A stretch of DNA of 64,000 bases from Actinomycetes bacterium (GTDB lineage: Bacteria; Actinomycetota; Acidimicrobiia; Acidimicrobiales; Bog-793), in assembly GCA_021829645.1 (NCBI GenBank), contig JAKBPI010000001.1, positions 136,796 through 200,795 of the forward strand, written 5' to 3'. Shown piece after piece: positions 55,726-64,000 of the stretch (within the stretch, counting starts at the first letter, position 1; each line of letters begins with the position of its first letter). The notes under the pieces are model-generated. The model saw nothing but the letters and a program-made list of their open reading frames with translations, was not told where the DNA came from and ran no database searches. The translations under genes and the position numbers were made by a program.

Positions 55726-57192
55726 GTGGAAGAAGCTTGTGGAGTTTTTGGTATCTACGCACCCGGCGTAGAAGTGGCATCCTTGGTATTTGACGGAATT
55801 TTTGCCTTGCAACACAGAGGACAGGAATCCGCCGGTATCGCAGTGAGTGACAATGTTTCAATAACAGTTGTCAAAGATTTAGGTCTTGTGACAAGGGTTT
55901 TTGATAAAAATACCCTGCAATCTCTTTCCGGCTGCATTGGTCTTGGACACGTCAGGTATTCAACAGCAGGTAAAAAAGACTGGATGAGTGCCCAACCGGC
56001 TTACAGGTCGGCTGGCGAGGTGGGTTTTGCGCTTGGACATAACGGCAATTTGACCAATGTAGAAGAGTTAGCTTCTTTGGCCAATATGTTACCGGGAGTT
56101 TTTACAAGTGATTCTGACATAGTGGCCGAGTTGATCAGTCAAAGAATCAATTTTTTACAGTCTCAACAGGTTCCGGATACCAAAGATTCTTTTGAGAGTA
56201 ACGATACGACTTGTGTACCGGAGGAAAACGATAAAAATAATTTACTCTTGGCTGCTCTGTTTGATATCCTTCCCCGCACACAGGGGGCTTTTTCTTTTGG
56301 CTTGATAGACGCCAATCAACTGATAGCGATACGGGATCCCAACGGTTTTAGACCGCTTTGCTTAGGAAAGCTACCTTCCGGAAATAACTCACCCACGTCT
56401 TATGCAATTGCTTCAGAAAGTCCCGCACTGGATATTGTAGGTGCTGATTTTATACGAGAAATCCAGCCCGGCGAAGTTTTGGTGATTGACGAAGCAGGGC
56501 TACGCAGCTATTTTCCTTTTCCAAAAGAACAAATAAAGCCGAGTTTATGTCTATTCGAATTTGTTTACTTTGCCAGACCGGATGCTGTTTTGTGCGGATC
56601 AGAAGTGCATGCCACCAGATTGCGTATGGGGATGCATTTGGCGATGCAGGCACCGGCTGATGCAGATCTAGTGATAGGCGTTCCCGACTCCGGAGTACCG
56701 GCGGCAGAGGGGTTTGCCATGCAAAGCGGTATCCCTTACGGACAGGGGTTGGTGAAGAACCGCTATATAGGCAGAACGTTCATTACCCCCAATCAGAAAG
56801 CCAGAACGGATGCCGTAAGGAGAAAGCTAAATCCTTTGAAGGAAAACGTCAAAGGTAAAAGACTTGTAGTAGTGGACGACTCAATTGTAAGAGGGACTAC
56901 CATTAGACAAATAGTTTCTATTTTGCGTGACGTAGGAGCAACAGAAGTTCACCTCAGGGTCTCCTCACCTCCTTTTAAGTGGCCTTGTTTTTATGGTATC
57001 GATACCCCTTCGAGAGAAGAACTTCTGGCGGCAAAATACACAGAAGAGGAAATGATGGATATTTTGGACGTGGACTCCATCTCTTACCTGAGCCTGGAAA
57101 GTCTTTTTGCCGCTGTCAACGTTGGAAGAAACGGATTTTGCGATGCTTGTCTGACCGGAAACTATCCGACAAAAATTCCTGTAACCCTCTGA
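55726..57192 (+). CDS. purF: Amidophosphoribosyltransferase
   Basis: GTG start, short propeptide, then the Ntn Cys in CGVFGI. LQHRGQESAGI, PRTase motif VVVDDSIVRGTT, and C-terminal Cys ligands (CFYGIDTP, CDAC). Confidence 0.92.
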   Translation: MEEACGVFGIYAPGVEVASLVFDGIFALQHRGQESAGIAVSDNVSITVVKDLGLVTRVFDKNTLQSLSGCIGLGHVRYSTAGKKDWMSAQPAYRSAGEVGFALGHNGNLTNVEELASLANMLPGVFTSDSDIVAELISQRINFLQSQQVPDTKDSFESNDTTCVPEENDKNNLLLAALFDILPRTQGAFSFGLIDANQLIAIRDPNGFRPLCLGKLPSGNNSPTSYAIASESPALDIVGADFIREIQPGEVLVIDEAGLRSYFPFPKEQIKPSLCLFEFVYFARPDAVLCGSEVHATRLRMGMHLAMQAPADADLVIGVPDSGVPAAEGFAMQSGIPYGQGLVKNRYIGRTFITPNQKARTDAVRRKLNPLKENVKGKRLVVVDDSIVRGTTIRQIVSILRDVGATEVHLRVSSPPFKWPCFYGIDTPSREELLAAKYTEEEMMDILDVDSISYLSLESLFAAVNVGRNGFCDACLTGNYPTKIPVTL

Positions 57193-57492
57193 CGGATTTT
57201 AGAAAGCCTAACAGGGTATAGCGGCGATTTAGCCCCAGGCTATAGTATCTGATCCCAAATATTTTTGACAATGCTAGCCATTAGGTATTTTACTGCTTAT
57301 GTAGAAAGTTTTTTATCACATATGCCAAAACAGTTTTTAGATACTAATGACAAAAAGCATGCTAAATATGACTTAGAAGGGCTTGAATTGGTTGTATTAT
57401 TAAATTATACAATAATGCGCGCCTAGATTGTTCGTTGGGCCCTCTAACTATGAGTTTGATGAAAAGTTTACTGATCAGATTTGGAGTATTAG

Positions 57493-58321
57493 TTGCTGAC
57501 TAAGTCGCTTCCTATAAATGTAGTTTTAGACTTATTCGGTCTCTTGTTTGTAGTTTGGATTGGCGTCCGTGCTCACGTTAGGAAGTTAGTTAGTGCCCAA
57601 AGTGAGGCATTGAAAAAACTGGAAGATATCAATCAAGATTTTCCGGACCTTTTACGAAAGCCGATAGCTTTTTCCAAAACTTTTCAAACCTCGGTTACCT
57701 CAAAGGCCAAATTTGACAAATTTGATTTTGATGACTATGCCAATGAGTGTATAACGCTGGAAAAACATAACTTTGAAAAAGTATTTTTAGATCTGGGGCA
57801 AAGAAAAACTAACTACAACGCTTATTTGGCAAAGTATGAAAAACTGATCAGCACAGAATTAGGCAAGGCCGGTTCAGAAAAAATAGCCCAAGACCGTTTC
57901 AACAAGGTTGAGCAACAACTCTTTAAAAAAGAGGAAACTAAGAGAGCAGCTAAATAGAGTACACATTTTTTTCATTGTGACCTACACCAGCCCGAAAGGT
58001 CGAAACCACTACAAGAAAAAAGCTGTTTGGAATGACGTAAAGCTAGCGCAGGGCTTTTCCGAAGCGATTAAAAGAGCGGAAAAGCGGAGTTCCGAAGAGT
58101 TCCAGAGATCTTTGGAACGAAATAAAATGACTTCTGCCTTACGCTATAAAATTATCAAAAGAGACGGAAAGCGTTGCAGGCATTGCGGGCGCAGTCCTCA
58201 AGATGGCATAACTTTACATGTCGACCACATCGTACCCATCAGTAAGGGTGGGAGAACAGTGGAAAACAATCTACAGACTCTGTGCGCTGACTGCAATTTA
58301 GGTAAAAGCGACCGATATTAG
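57493..58321 (+). pseudogene. TM/coiled-coil protein with a C-terminal HNH nuclease, split by a +1 frame change (two track ORFs)
   Basis: ORF 57493-57957 has an N-terminal TM and a K/E-rich region. ORF 57908-58321 ends in CRHCGRSPQDGITLHVDHIVPISKGGRTVENNLQTLCADCNLGKSDRY (HNH). Removing one base at the TAG (57955-57), or a shift at the A6 run (57925-30), joins them into one frame of about 275 aa. Confidence 0.6.
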
Positions 58322-58556
58322 GATACCCGGAAAGTACGCGAGCGCCGGGCACATTTAAAGTGGCAATTGTCTGGGCAGTCACTTTCGGAAAGTCATTGCT
58401 TCATTTTCTGCTTGTCAATTTCTCCAAATGGATTGGATGGAATAATTCTGTATCTATAAAAGTTATATTTAACATAAATAATAACTGTTGGACAGATAAC
58501 TAGGAATTTGGGAAACTGAATTTGAGTTAGAGAGCTAACTTAAGGAGGCAAAAAGT

Positions 58557-58976
58557 ATGAGTAAGTTCAAGCTTCTTGAGCAAACAGATGATTGGTATAT
58601 TTCCAGAACGGCAGATCTTAGCGACAAGGGATTGTCTTTACTGCAACAGGGAAAGACAATTGTCGGCAGGCATGGGAGTGTGTTGACTATACTTTCCTCT
58701 GAGGAAAATACGCAATCACTCAACGCAGGAGAGGATGTTGCTCCTGTGAAAGTGTACAAAGCAACACTAAGCCATGCCGGAAGACTGTCATTTACTCACC
58801 CAGTAGAGTTGGAAGTAAAGCCGATAGCTCCAGGAAAAGTCGAATTAGGGCTGGCAGTGGCGAAAGGTAAACCGCACAGGTTTATATCGCCTCAGCGCTA
58901 TTTCACATCAGCTTGGTCAGTTTTGGACGAACTTTACGATCAATTGGGAAAAAGTAAAAAGTCGAGAGCCGCTTAA
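58557..58976 (+). CDS. Hypothetical protein (139 aa), no recognisable family
   Basis: A strong SD (TAAGGAGG) lies 8 nt upstream of the ATG, and a long palindrome follows. No motif is recognised. Confidence 0.45.
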   Translation: MSKFKLLEQTDDWYISRTADLSDKGLSLLQQGKTIVGRHGSVLTILSSEENTQSLNAGEDVAPVKVYKATLSHAGRLSFTHPVELEVKPIAPGKVELGLAVAKGKPHRFISPQRYFTSAWSVLDELYDQLGKSKKSRAA

Positions 58977-59001
58977 TCTCAAATAGGGTTCATGTGTACC
59001 C

Positions 59002-59034
59002 GGATGCTATATCGGCAATGCCGATATAGCATCC
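59002..59034. terminator. 15-bp perfect-stem hairpin downstream of the hypothetical gene (possible terminator)
   Basis: GGATGCTATATCGGC (59002-16) pairs with GCCGATATAGCATCC (59020-34) around a 3-nt loop. No T-tract follows, so its function is uncertain. Confidence 0.4.
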
Positions 59035-59097
59035 TATGCGGAAATTATAAAAAGATATCTCTAGACAAATCGCTTTATTTCTAGTTGAATCGGTTAG

Positions 59098-60384
59098 GTG
59101 ACAGATAGCAATCCTCAAAACAGTTCAAGCTGGAGATCTGTCGGGATATTTGCCATAGCTATTGTGGCCTTGGCTTCCGGGTTTGGGCAATTCGGAGTAG
59201 TCTCAGCCTTGGGTGATGTTGCCAAATCGTTTGGACATATCAAAACTCAAGGTACCACGCTGGCTGATGAGGCTGGCTTATCTGGTACGTTGCTGGGCAT
59301 AGGGCTGGCAATTTTACGACTCTCGTCTATGCTGGGCATGCCGCTCGCGTCTTTGGCAGATCGTTTTGGAAGAAGAATAATTCTAATCGTCACCTGTGCT
59401 ATAGGACTGTGTCTTACCGTTTTGGCAGCTTTTAGTCCGAGCTACTGGTATTTCGTGGCCATTTTTGCTCTTGGCAGGCCATTTTTGAGCGCCACTAATG
59501 CCATTGCCCAAGTAGGTGCGGCAGAAGAAACAGATTCACATAACAGGGCTAAAGCGGTTGCCTTAGTAGTAGCCGGCTACGGCATCGGAGCAGGTCTAAC
59601 AGCTGTTATTAACGGTTTAGCGGAAAAAGTATTGGGTTTTCGCGGCTTGTTTGCTTTAGCCTTCGTCCCTTTCTTACTGGTGATCTTTATTGCTCCGAAG
59701 GTACCCGAAACCCGTCTGTTTATGCATGAAGCGGAAGAACAAAGAACGCGTCCCAAGTTCGCCTCTGTCCCCAAAGGCCTCGGTAAAAGACTTCTTTTAG
59801 TCAATGTCATAGTTTGGGGTGTATCAATAGTAACGGGTCCCGCCAACAGTTTTGTTTTTTTGTACGCTCAAAATATATTAAAAATTTCCGGCAAAATAAC
59901 AGCCCTCATGGTGGTTATTGCCGGGTTAACCGGTCTGTTGGGATTGATCATAGGGCGTTATTTGGCTGATAGATTTGGGCGCAGACAGGCAAGTTATCTA
60001 GCCATGACAGGTGTCATATTGACTGCTTTGTTGACATATTCGGGTGGGAAAATAGGCTTGTTTGTCGGTTACGAACTGGAAATATTTGCCACAGCTGCTT
60101 TTGGTCCGGCGGGAGGGGCATTTTCTAACGAGTTGTTTCCCACAAGCGCCAGGGCAGCCGTGGCCGGGTGGAGCATCATAGCCAGTGTGCTGGGTGCGGT
60201 AATGGGCCTGTTACTTTTCGGTGCTTTAGCCGATGTGGGAGGAAAGTTTTCCTTGGGAGCAGAGTTGACTTTTCTGCCCATGCTCTTGGTCGCTCTGCTG
60301 TTGTTTTTCTTACCCGAGACAAAAGGACGGGAATTGATAGAATTATGGCCTGATATAAAAGAAGCATCACTCGAAGTTTCCTGA
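59098..60384 (+). CDS. MFS transporter
   Basis: About 12 predicted TM helices. The loop motif LADRFGRR occurs twice (after TM2 and after TM8); GTG start. Confidence 0.8.
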   Translation: MTDSNPQNSSSWRSVGIFAIAIVALASGFGQFGVVSALGDVAKSFGHIKTQGTTLADEAGLSGTLLGIGLAILRLSSMLGMPLASLADRFGRRIILIVTCAIGLCLTVLAAFSPSYWYFVAIFALGRPFLSATNAIAQVGAAEETDSHNRAKAVALVVAGYGIGAGLTAVINGLAEKVLGFRGLFALAFVPFLLVIFIAPKVPETRLFMHEAEEQRTRPKFASVPKGLGKRLLLVNVIVWGVSIVTGPANSFVFLYAQNILKISGKITALMVVIAGLTGLLGLIIGRYLADRFGRRQASYLAMTGVILTALLTYSGGKIGLFVGYELEIFATAAFGPAGGAFSNELFPTSARAAVAGWSIIASVLGAVMGLLLFGALADVGGKFSLGAELTFLPMLLVALLLFFLPETKGRELIELWPDIKEASLEVS

Positions 60385-60580
60385 AAACCCATAGAACGGC
60401 AAAAATTGAGAGTTTATTTGCTGCAAAAAAATACCAAAATTACAAGTGCGCTGATTTGTATGAAGTATCTATTAGCTATCTACTGAAAATGAAAGCAGTA
60501 GTTTTTATGATTTAGTGATAAAGGGTTTTTTCATTCTAAATGCGATGCTATCCATGAATTATCAACTAATCTAAACTAGT

Positions 60581-62899
60581 GTGTTGTGGTTTCAGCCTTC
60601 TAGCTTCAGTACTTTATCCAAAAAGTCGAAATCTATAAATAAAACTTTGCGATTAGCGGGCTTTGTATTCATTCTGCTTTCTGCTTTTGCGCCCTCTGCT
60701 TTTGCCTCCGGTAGTCACAAGACTCAAGCATCAGTTAGAATACAGCCCTATTCTTTGACAACTGCACAGTCAAGGATGCTGATAGTCGGGCCTATTTATC
60801 ACTCAAAGCCTCTCCCGAGTACACTCGGTTCCGGTCATCAATTGGTACCGCTGTTGATCAAGACTAACTCTAATAACTTTGTGGGCAGTACTTCTTGTTC
60901 ACCTATTCCAGCTCAGTCAAGTACTTCTCCGTTATATCGAAAGAAATCAGACAAACCACAAAGAGCTCTTCTTGTGACAGGTCACCTCTTGTCCTTACAG
61001 GCCACAACCACTACATTACCGATCAATCCGGCTTTGACGACAACCACTTCGACCGTCACTACTACAACCTCTGCCACCACCACCACTGTGACAAATGCTA
61101 CTGTGACAACCACCTCGACCACAACCACCTCGACTACCACTACGACAACTGCCCCGACTACTACTGCGGTTGTGCAGATGAGTTCTCTGACGGAAGCTAA
61201 TCTGCCTGTCATTCCCACCACAACTTCTGCCAATCTAGACACCGCAACCCCTGCTTCTTCTGGGGTTTATGACATGTTTTTGTCGAACGGGGCTATACAC
61301 AATTTGGGCGGAGCTAATTTTTATGGTTCTCCGATACACAAAAAGACCAAGTCGCCGATAGTTGCGATGACTTCCACCTCTTACGGAACGGGGTACCTGC
61401 TTACAACCGCTGTCGGTAACATTTACAATTATGGCAATGCCAACTTTTATGGTTCTCCGATACACAAAAAACTGAGAAAACCTCTCATCTCCATCAATGC
61501 GACTCCGGACGGAAAAGGCTACTGGGTCGTTGATGCTAACGGTGCTGTCTATAACTATGGCGACGCTCCGTTTTGCGGTTCGTTGGTGCATACCAAATTG
61601 TCGTCGCCGGTTGTCTCTATGGCCGTAACGCCGGACGGAAAAGGTTACTGGCTGGTAACGGGGAACGGCGATGTTTATAGTTTCGGAGATGCTTTGAACT
61701 TAAAATCCCAGGCTCCTCTCCGTTTGCCCTCTCCGGTTGTCTCGATGGCCGTAACGCCGGACGGAAAAGGTTACTGGCTGCTAACAGCCAAAGGCGATAT
61801 TTATAATACCGGCGACGCCAAGTTTTATGGCTCTCCCATTCACAAGCACTTCACAAGACCGGCGGTGTCCATAGCGACATCTCCGGACGGTAAAGGCTAT
61901 TTGGTGACGTCAGCTAAAGGGCAGGTATTCAATTACGGCGACGCCAAGTTTCACGGTTCTTTAGTACATAAAAGATTTGGTCGCAAAATTATTACTGCGG
62001 GTCTGGTTATCCAAGGGACACCACCTCCCCCGGCCCCTCCTCCCGTCAAGTCGCTTGGTCCGGCCCCTTTTGCCGGGGGATTGATCGGTAATGATATAAG
62101 CAATTTCCAGTGTTCCACGCCGGGCTCTTCTACTTTGAGCAATCAGTTACCGGCTAAATCCCCAATTACCATTATTGAAGCAGCCGGTTGGTTGGACAAC
62201 GCTGACAATCCCTGCCTGCAGGCCGAGGCTACGTGGGCTACATCGGCACAGGGTAGTTCAGGCACTCCGTATAGCCTGTATCTCTTTATGAATGCCATCG
62301 AGGATTCGTCAGGCGTTATAGCTTCGGCTGAGAGCGGACCGGGAGGCAATTGCCCCTCTTTGACAGCCGGTTCCCGCCCTTATTGTATTGCTTATAATTA
62401 CGGCTACAATGGTGCAGAACAGGCGTTTAATTATGCGGCGAGTCAAGGTGCCAAGGCAGCCGTATGGTGGTTAGATATAGAAAATGCACAATTGTCAAGC
62501 AATAACTATTCCAATTTTCCAACCAACTATTGGTCAAAGTCTCAAAAGTTGAACGATGAAACTATTCAGGGTGCAATCGATGCTTTGCGAAGCAATAACA
62601 TAACTGTGGGTATTTACAGTACCAGCGTGCAATACTCGACGATAACGGGAAATTACATTCCCTCTGCTCCCCAAATTCCGCTCTGGGTTGCCGGTGCACC
62701 TTGGACCTCCCCTCCGTATGGTGAATCAGGTTTGCCGAATACCTCGGTATTGCAAAATTGGTGTCAGGGCACGGCTACCTATCAGATGCCAAAAGTGACT
62801 TATCCGGAATTGTTTGCCGGCGGTACGCCTTGGGTTTTACAAGAGACGCCCGGAACAGAAGTATCTCCGTATAATTTGGATCCCGATTTTACCTGTTAG
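60581..62899 (+). CDS. Secreted protein: Thr-rich linker, six ~42-aa GYW repeats, a poly-Pro hinge and a C-terminal glycoside-hydrolase-like domain (GH25/Rv2525c-like, tentative)
   Basis: Signal peptide ...APSAFA-SG, then a T-rich tract (TTTTSTVTTTTSATTTT...). Six units of the type PDGKGYWVVDANGAVYNYGDAPFCGSLVH, then PPPPAPPP. The C-terminus has GNDISNFQC...AAVWWLDIEN... Confidence 0.5.
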   Translation: MLWFQPSSFSTLSKKSKSINKTLRLAGFVFILLSAFAPSAFASGSHKTQASVRIQPYSLTTAQSRMLIVGPIYHSKPLPSTLGSGHQLVPLLIKTNSNNFVGSTSCSPIPAQSSTSPLYRKKSDKPQRALLVTGHLLSLQATTTTLPINPALTTTTSTVTTTTSATTTTVTNATVTTTSTTTTSTTTTTTAPTTTAVVQMSSLTEANLPVIPTTTSANLDTATPASSGVYDMFLSNGAIHNLGGANFYGSPIHKKTKSPIVAMTSTSYGTGYLLTTAVGNIYNYGNANFYGSPIHKKLRKPLISINATPDGKGYWVVDANGAVYNYGDAPFCGSLVHTKLSSPVVSMAVTPDGKGYWLVTGNGDVYSFGDALNLKSQAPLRLPSPVVSMAVTPDGKGYWLLTAKGDIYNTGDAKFYGSPIHKHFTRPAVSIATSPDGKGYLVTSAKGQVFNYGDAKFHGSLVHKRFGRKIITAGLVIQGTPPPPAPPPVKSLGPAPFAGGLIGNDISNFQCSTPGSSTLSNQLPAKSPITIIEAAGWLDNADNPCLQAEATWATSAQGSSGTPYSLYLFMNAIEDSSGVIASAESGPGGNCPSLTAGSRPYCIAYNYGYNGAEQAFNYAASQGAKAAVWWLDIENAQLSSNNYSNFPTNYWSKSQKLNDETIQGAIDALRSNNITVGIYSTSVQYSTITGNYIPSAPQIPLWVAGAPWTSPPYGESGLPNTSVLQNWCQGTATYQMPKVTYPELFAGGTPWVLQETPGTEVSPYNLDPDFTC

Positions 62900-62913
62900 A
62901 GACAGTTTAGACG

Positions 62914-63261
62914 TTATAAAGTTTCCTTTAGTATCCATTTTAGGTAAGTATCGCTTCCTCCGATGATAGGGGTGACGATAACGGAGGGTTCTTGGTAGGG
63001 GTGTTCCCGTTTAACCGCCTCTATAATTTTGTCGGACAGAGAAGTCAACGTATGAATTCTGGCCCTGGATTCTTCTTCCTCGTGAATCTGATTTTCCCAC
63101 CTGTAAACGGAATGTATATTCCGGTCGATATTGGCGCAAGCACATAGTCGTTTTTCTACTAAATTTCGGCAAAATTCATTAATCCAATTGGTAGGCGGAG
63201 CTGTTATGGTTATTTCACAAAATTGATTATTTTGAGTATAGGATGTAGTCATAAAAATCAA
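62914..63261 (-). CDS. cutA: Divalent-cation tolerance protein CutA
   Basis: LVEKRLCACANI...SVYRWENQIHEEEE...KREHPYQEPSVIVTPI matches the CutA1 family. Confidence 0.85.
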   Translation of the reverse strand: MIFMTTSYTQNNQFCEITITAPPTNWINEFCRNLVEKRLCACANIDRNIHSVYRWENQIHEEEESRARIHTLTSLSDKIIEAVKREHPYQEPSVIVTPIIGGSDTYLKWILKETL

Positions 63262-63363
63262 TTATTGCATTTTAAGGGGAAAATTAACTCAATTATTGGT
63301 CCTCAAAAAATATAAATGCCCGGAAAAAGGTATTTCACGTCCTTATTTCGGTTACTGTAGAAT

Positions 63364-64000
63364 GTGGACTTAGAAGAATCAAATAATATATCTTTCGCCG
63401 ATCTCGGCTTGTGTGACGAATTACAGAAGTCTTTGATAGATCTTGGTTATGAAGAACCAACCCCCATACAGGCAGTCGCCATTCCGTCGATGATCGAAGG
63501 CTCTGATGTACTGGGACAAGCCGCTACCGGTACTGGGAAAACAGCGGCGTTTGCTCTGCCGATTTTACAGAGACTATCTCTGAAGAACAAAAAAAGCAAC
63601 AAGCCTATGGCTCTGGTGCTGGCTCCTACGAGGGAATTGGCGGTTCAGGTTTCGGAGGCAACGCACCGTTACGGTAAGTTTTTAAATGCCAGGGTTGTTC
63701 CCGTTTACGGTGGACAGGCAATATCTCGACAACTCAAGTCTCTTTCGATGGGCGTAGACGTTGTTGTAGGAACTCCCGGAAGAATTTTGGATCATTTGAA
63801 ACGCAATTCATTGAGTTTGAATGACCTAGAAACAGTTGTTTTGGACGAAGCAGATGAAATGCTCGATATGGGCTTTGCCGAGGAAATAGACGCCATACTG
63901 GCAAAACTGCCTCCAAAGTGCCAAGTGGTGTTGTTTTCGGCAACTTTGCCTGACAAAATACAAGGTCTTATCAGCGGCTATATCAAAAATCCTGTTCGTT
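63364..64000 (+). CDS. DEAD-box ATP-dependent RNA helicase, 3' end off-window
   Basis: GTG at 63364. Q-motif F..LGL...L...L...GYEEPTPIQ, motif I AATGTGKT, motif Ia PTRELA and motif II VLDEADEM. The frame is open to the window end. Confidence 0.9.
   Translation, partial: MDLEESNNISFADLGLCDELQKSLIDLGYEEPTPIQAVAIPSMIEGSDVLGQAATGTGKTAAFALPILQRLSLKNKKSNKPMALVLAPTRELAVQVSEATHRYGKFLNARVVPVYGGQAISRQLKSLSMGVDVVVGTPGRILDHLKRNSLSLNDLETVVLDEADEMLDMGFAEEIDAILAKLPPKCQVVLFSATLPDKIQGLISGYIKNPVR

Noticed and set aside
57925-57957. Programmed ribosomal frameshift joining the two HNH-gene ORFs
   Set aside because: The required shift is +1. The A6 run is not positioned as a classical X-XXY-YYZ heptamer in the zero frame, and I saw no downstream stimulatory structure. 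A mutational or sequencing indel is the simpler explanation, so the possibility is noted only in the finding.

Overview
This window is the replication-origin region of an actinobacterial-type chromosome; GC looks moderate to low by eye and was not computed. The left and middle show the conserved origin-proximal synteny. In order: lepB and an L,D-transpeptidase; rpsF-ssb-rpsR-rplI-dnaB on the minus strand; a DUF5318-like gene, PadR and ino1; cca; DUF6049-like and murJ; DegV; trxB-trxA-cwlM. Then come parB-parA-rsmG-jag-yidC-yidD-rnpA-rpmH on the minus strand, facing dnaA-dnaN-recF-DUF721(dciA)-gyrB-gyrA-tRNA-Ile on the plus strand. DnaA boxes lie upstream of dnaA and in the dnaA-dnaN spacer, which is the likely oriC. 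Two perfect parS palindromes lie upstream of parA. rpmH is absent from the ORF track but is clearly present, and it overlaps the 5' end of rnpA out of frame. Conserved synteny ends right after tRNA-Ile. The best candidate for an undescribed system sits there: two translationally coupled P-loop/ORC-like ATPases with winged-helix segments. The larger one carries ten near-identical 42-aa TPR units, and neither has a recognisable effector domain. Other notable items:
- a 98-99% identical but frameshifted inverted copy of the 3' half of parB, which brackets parA and both parS sites
- an extra DnaA-box trio between cwlM and parB
- a PFOR operon flanked by a GltD/PreT-like flavoprotein and a DHOD/PreA-like protein that lacks the catalytic Cys/Ser
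- a very AT-rich recF
- tRNA-Glu and tRNA-Phe with non-canonical T-loops
- a frameshifted TM-HNH gene inserted after purF
- several secreted repeat proteins
I saw no rRNA, CRISPR array, transposase or integrase. All calls come from reading motifs by eye; no database searches were run.
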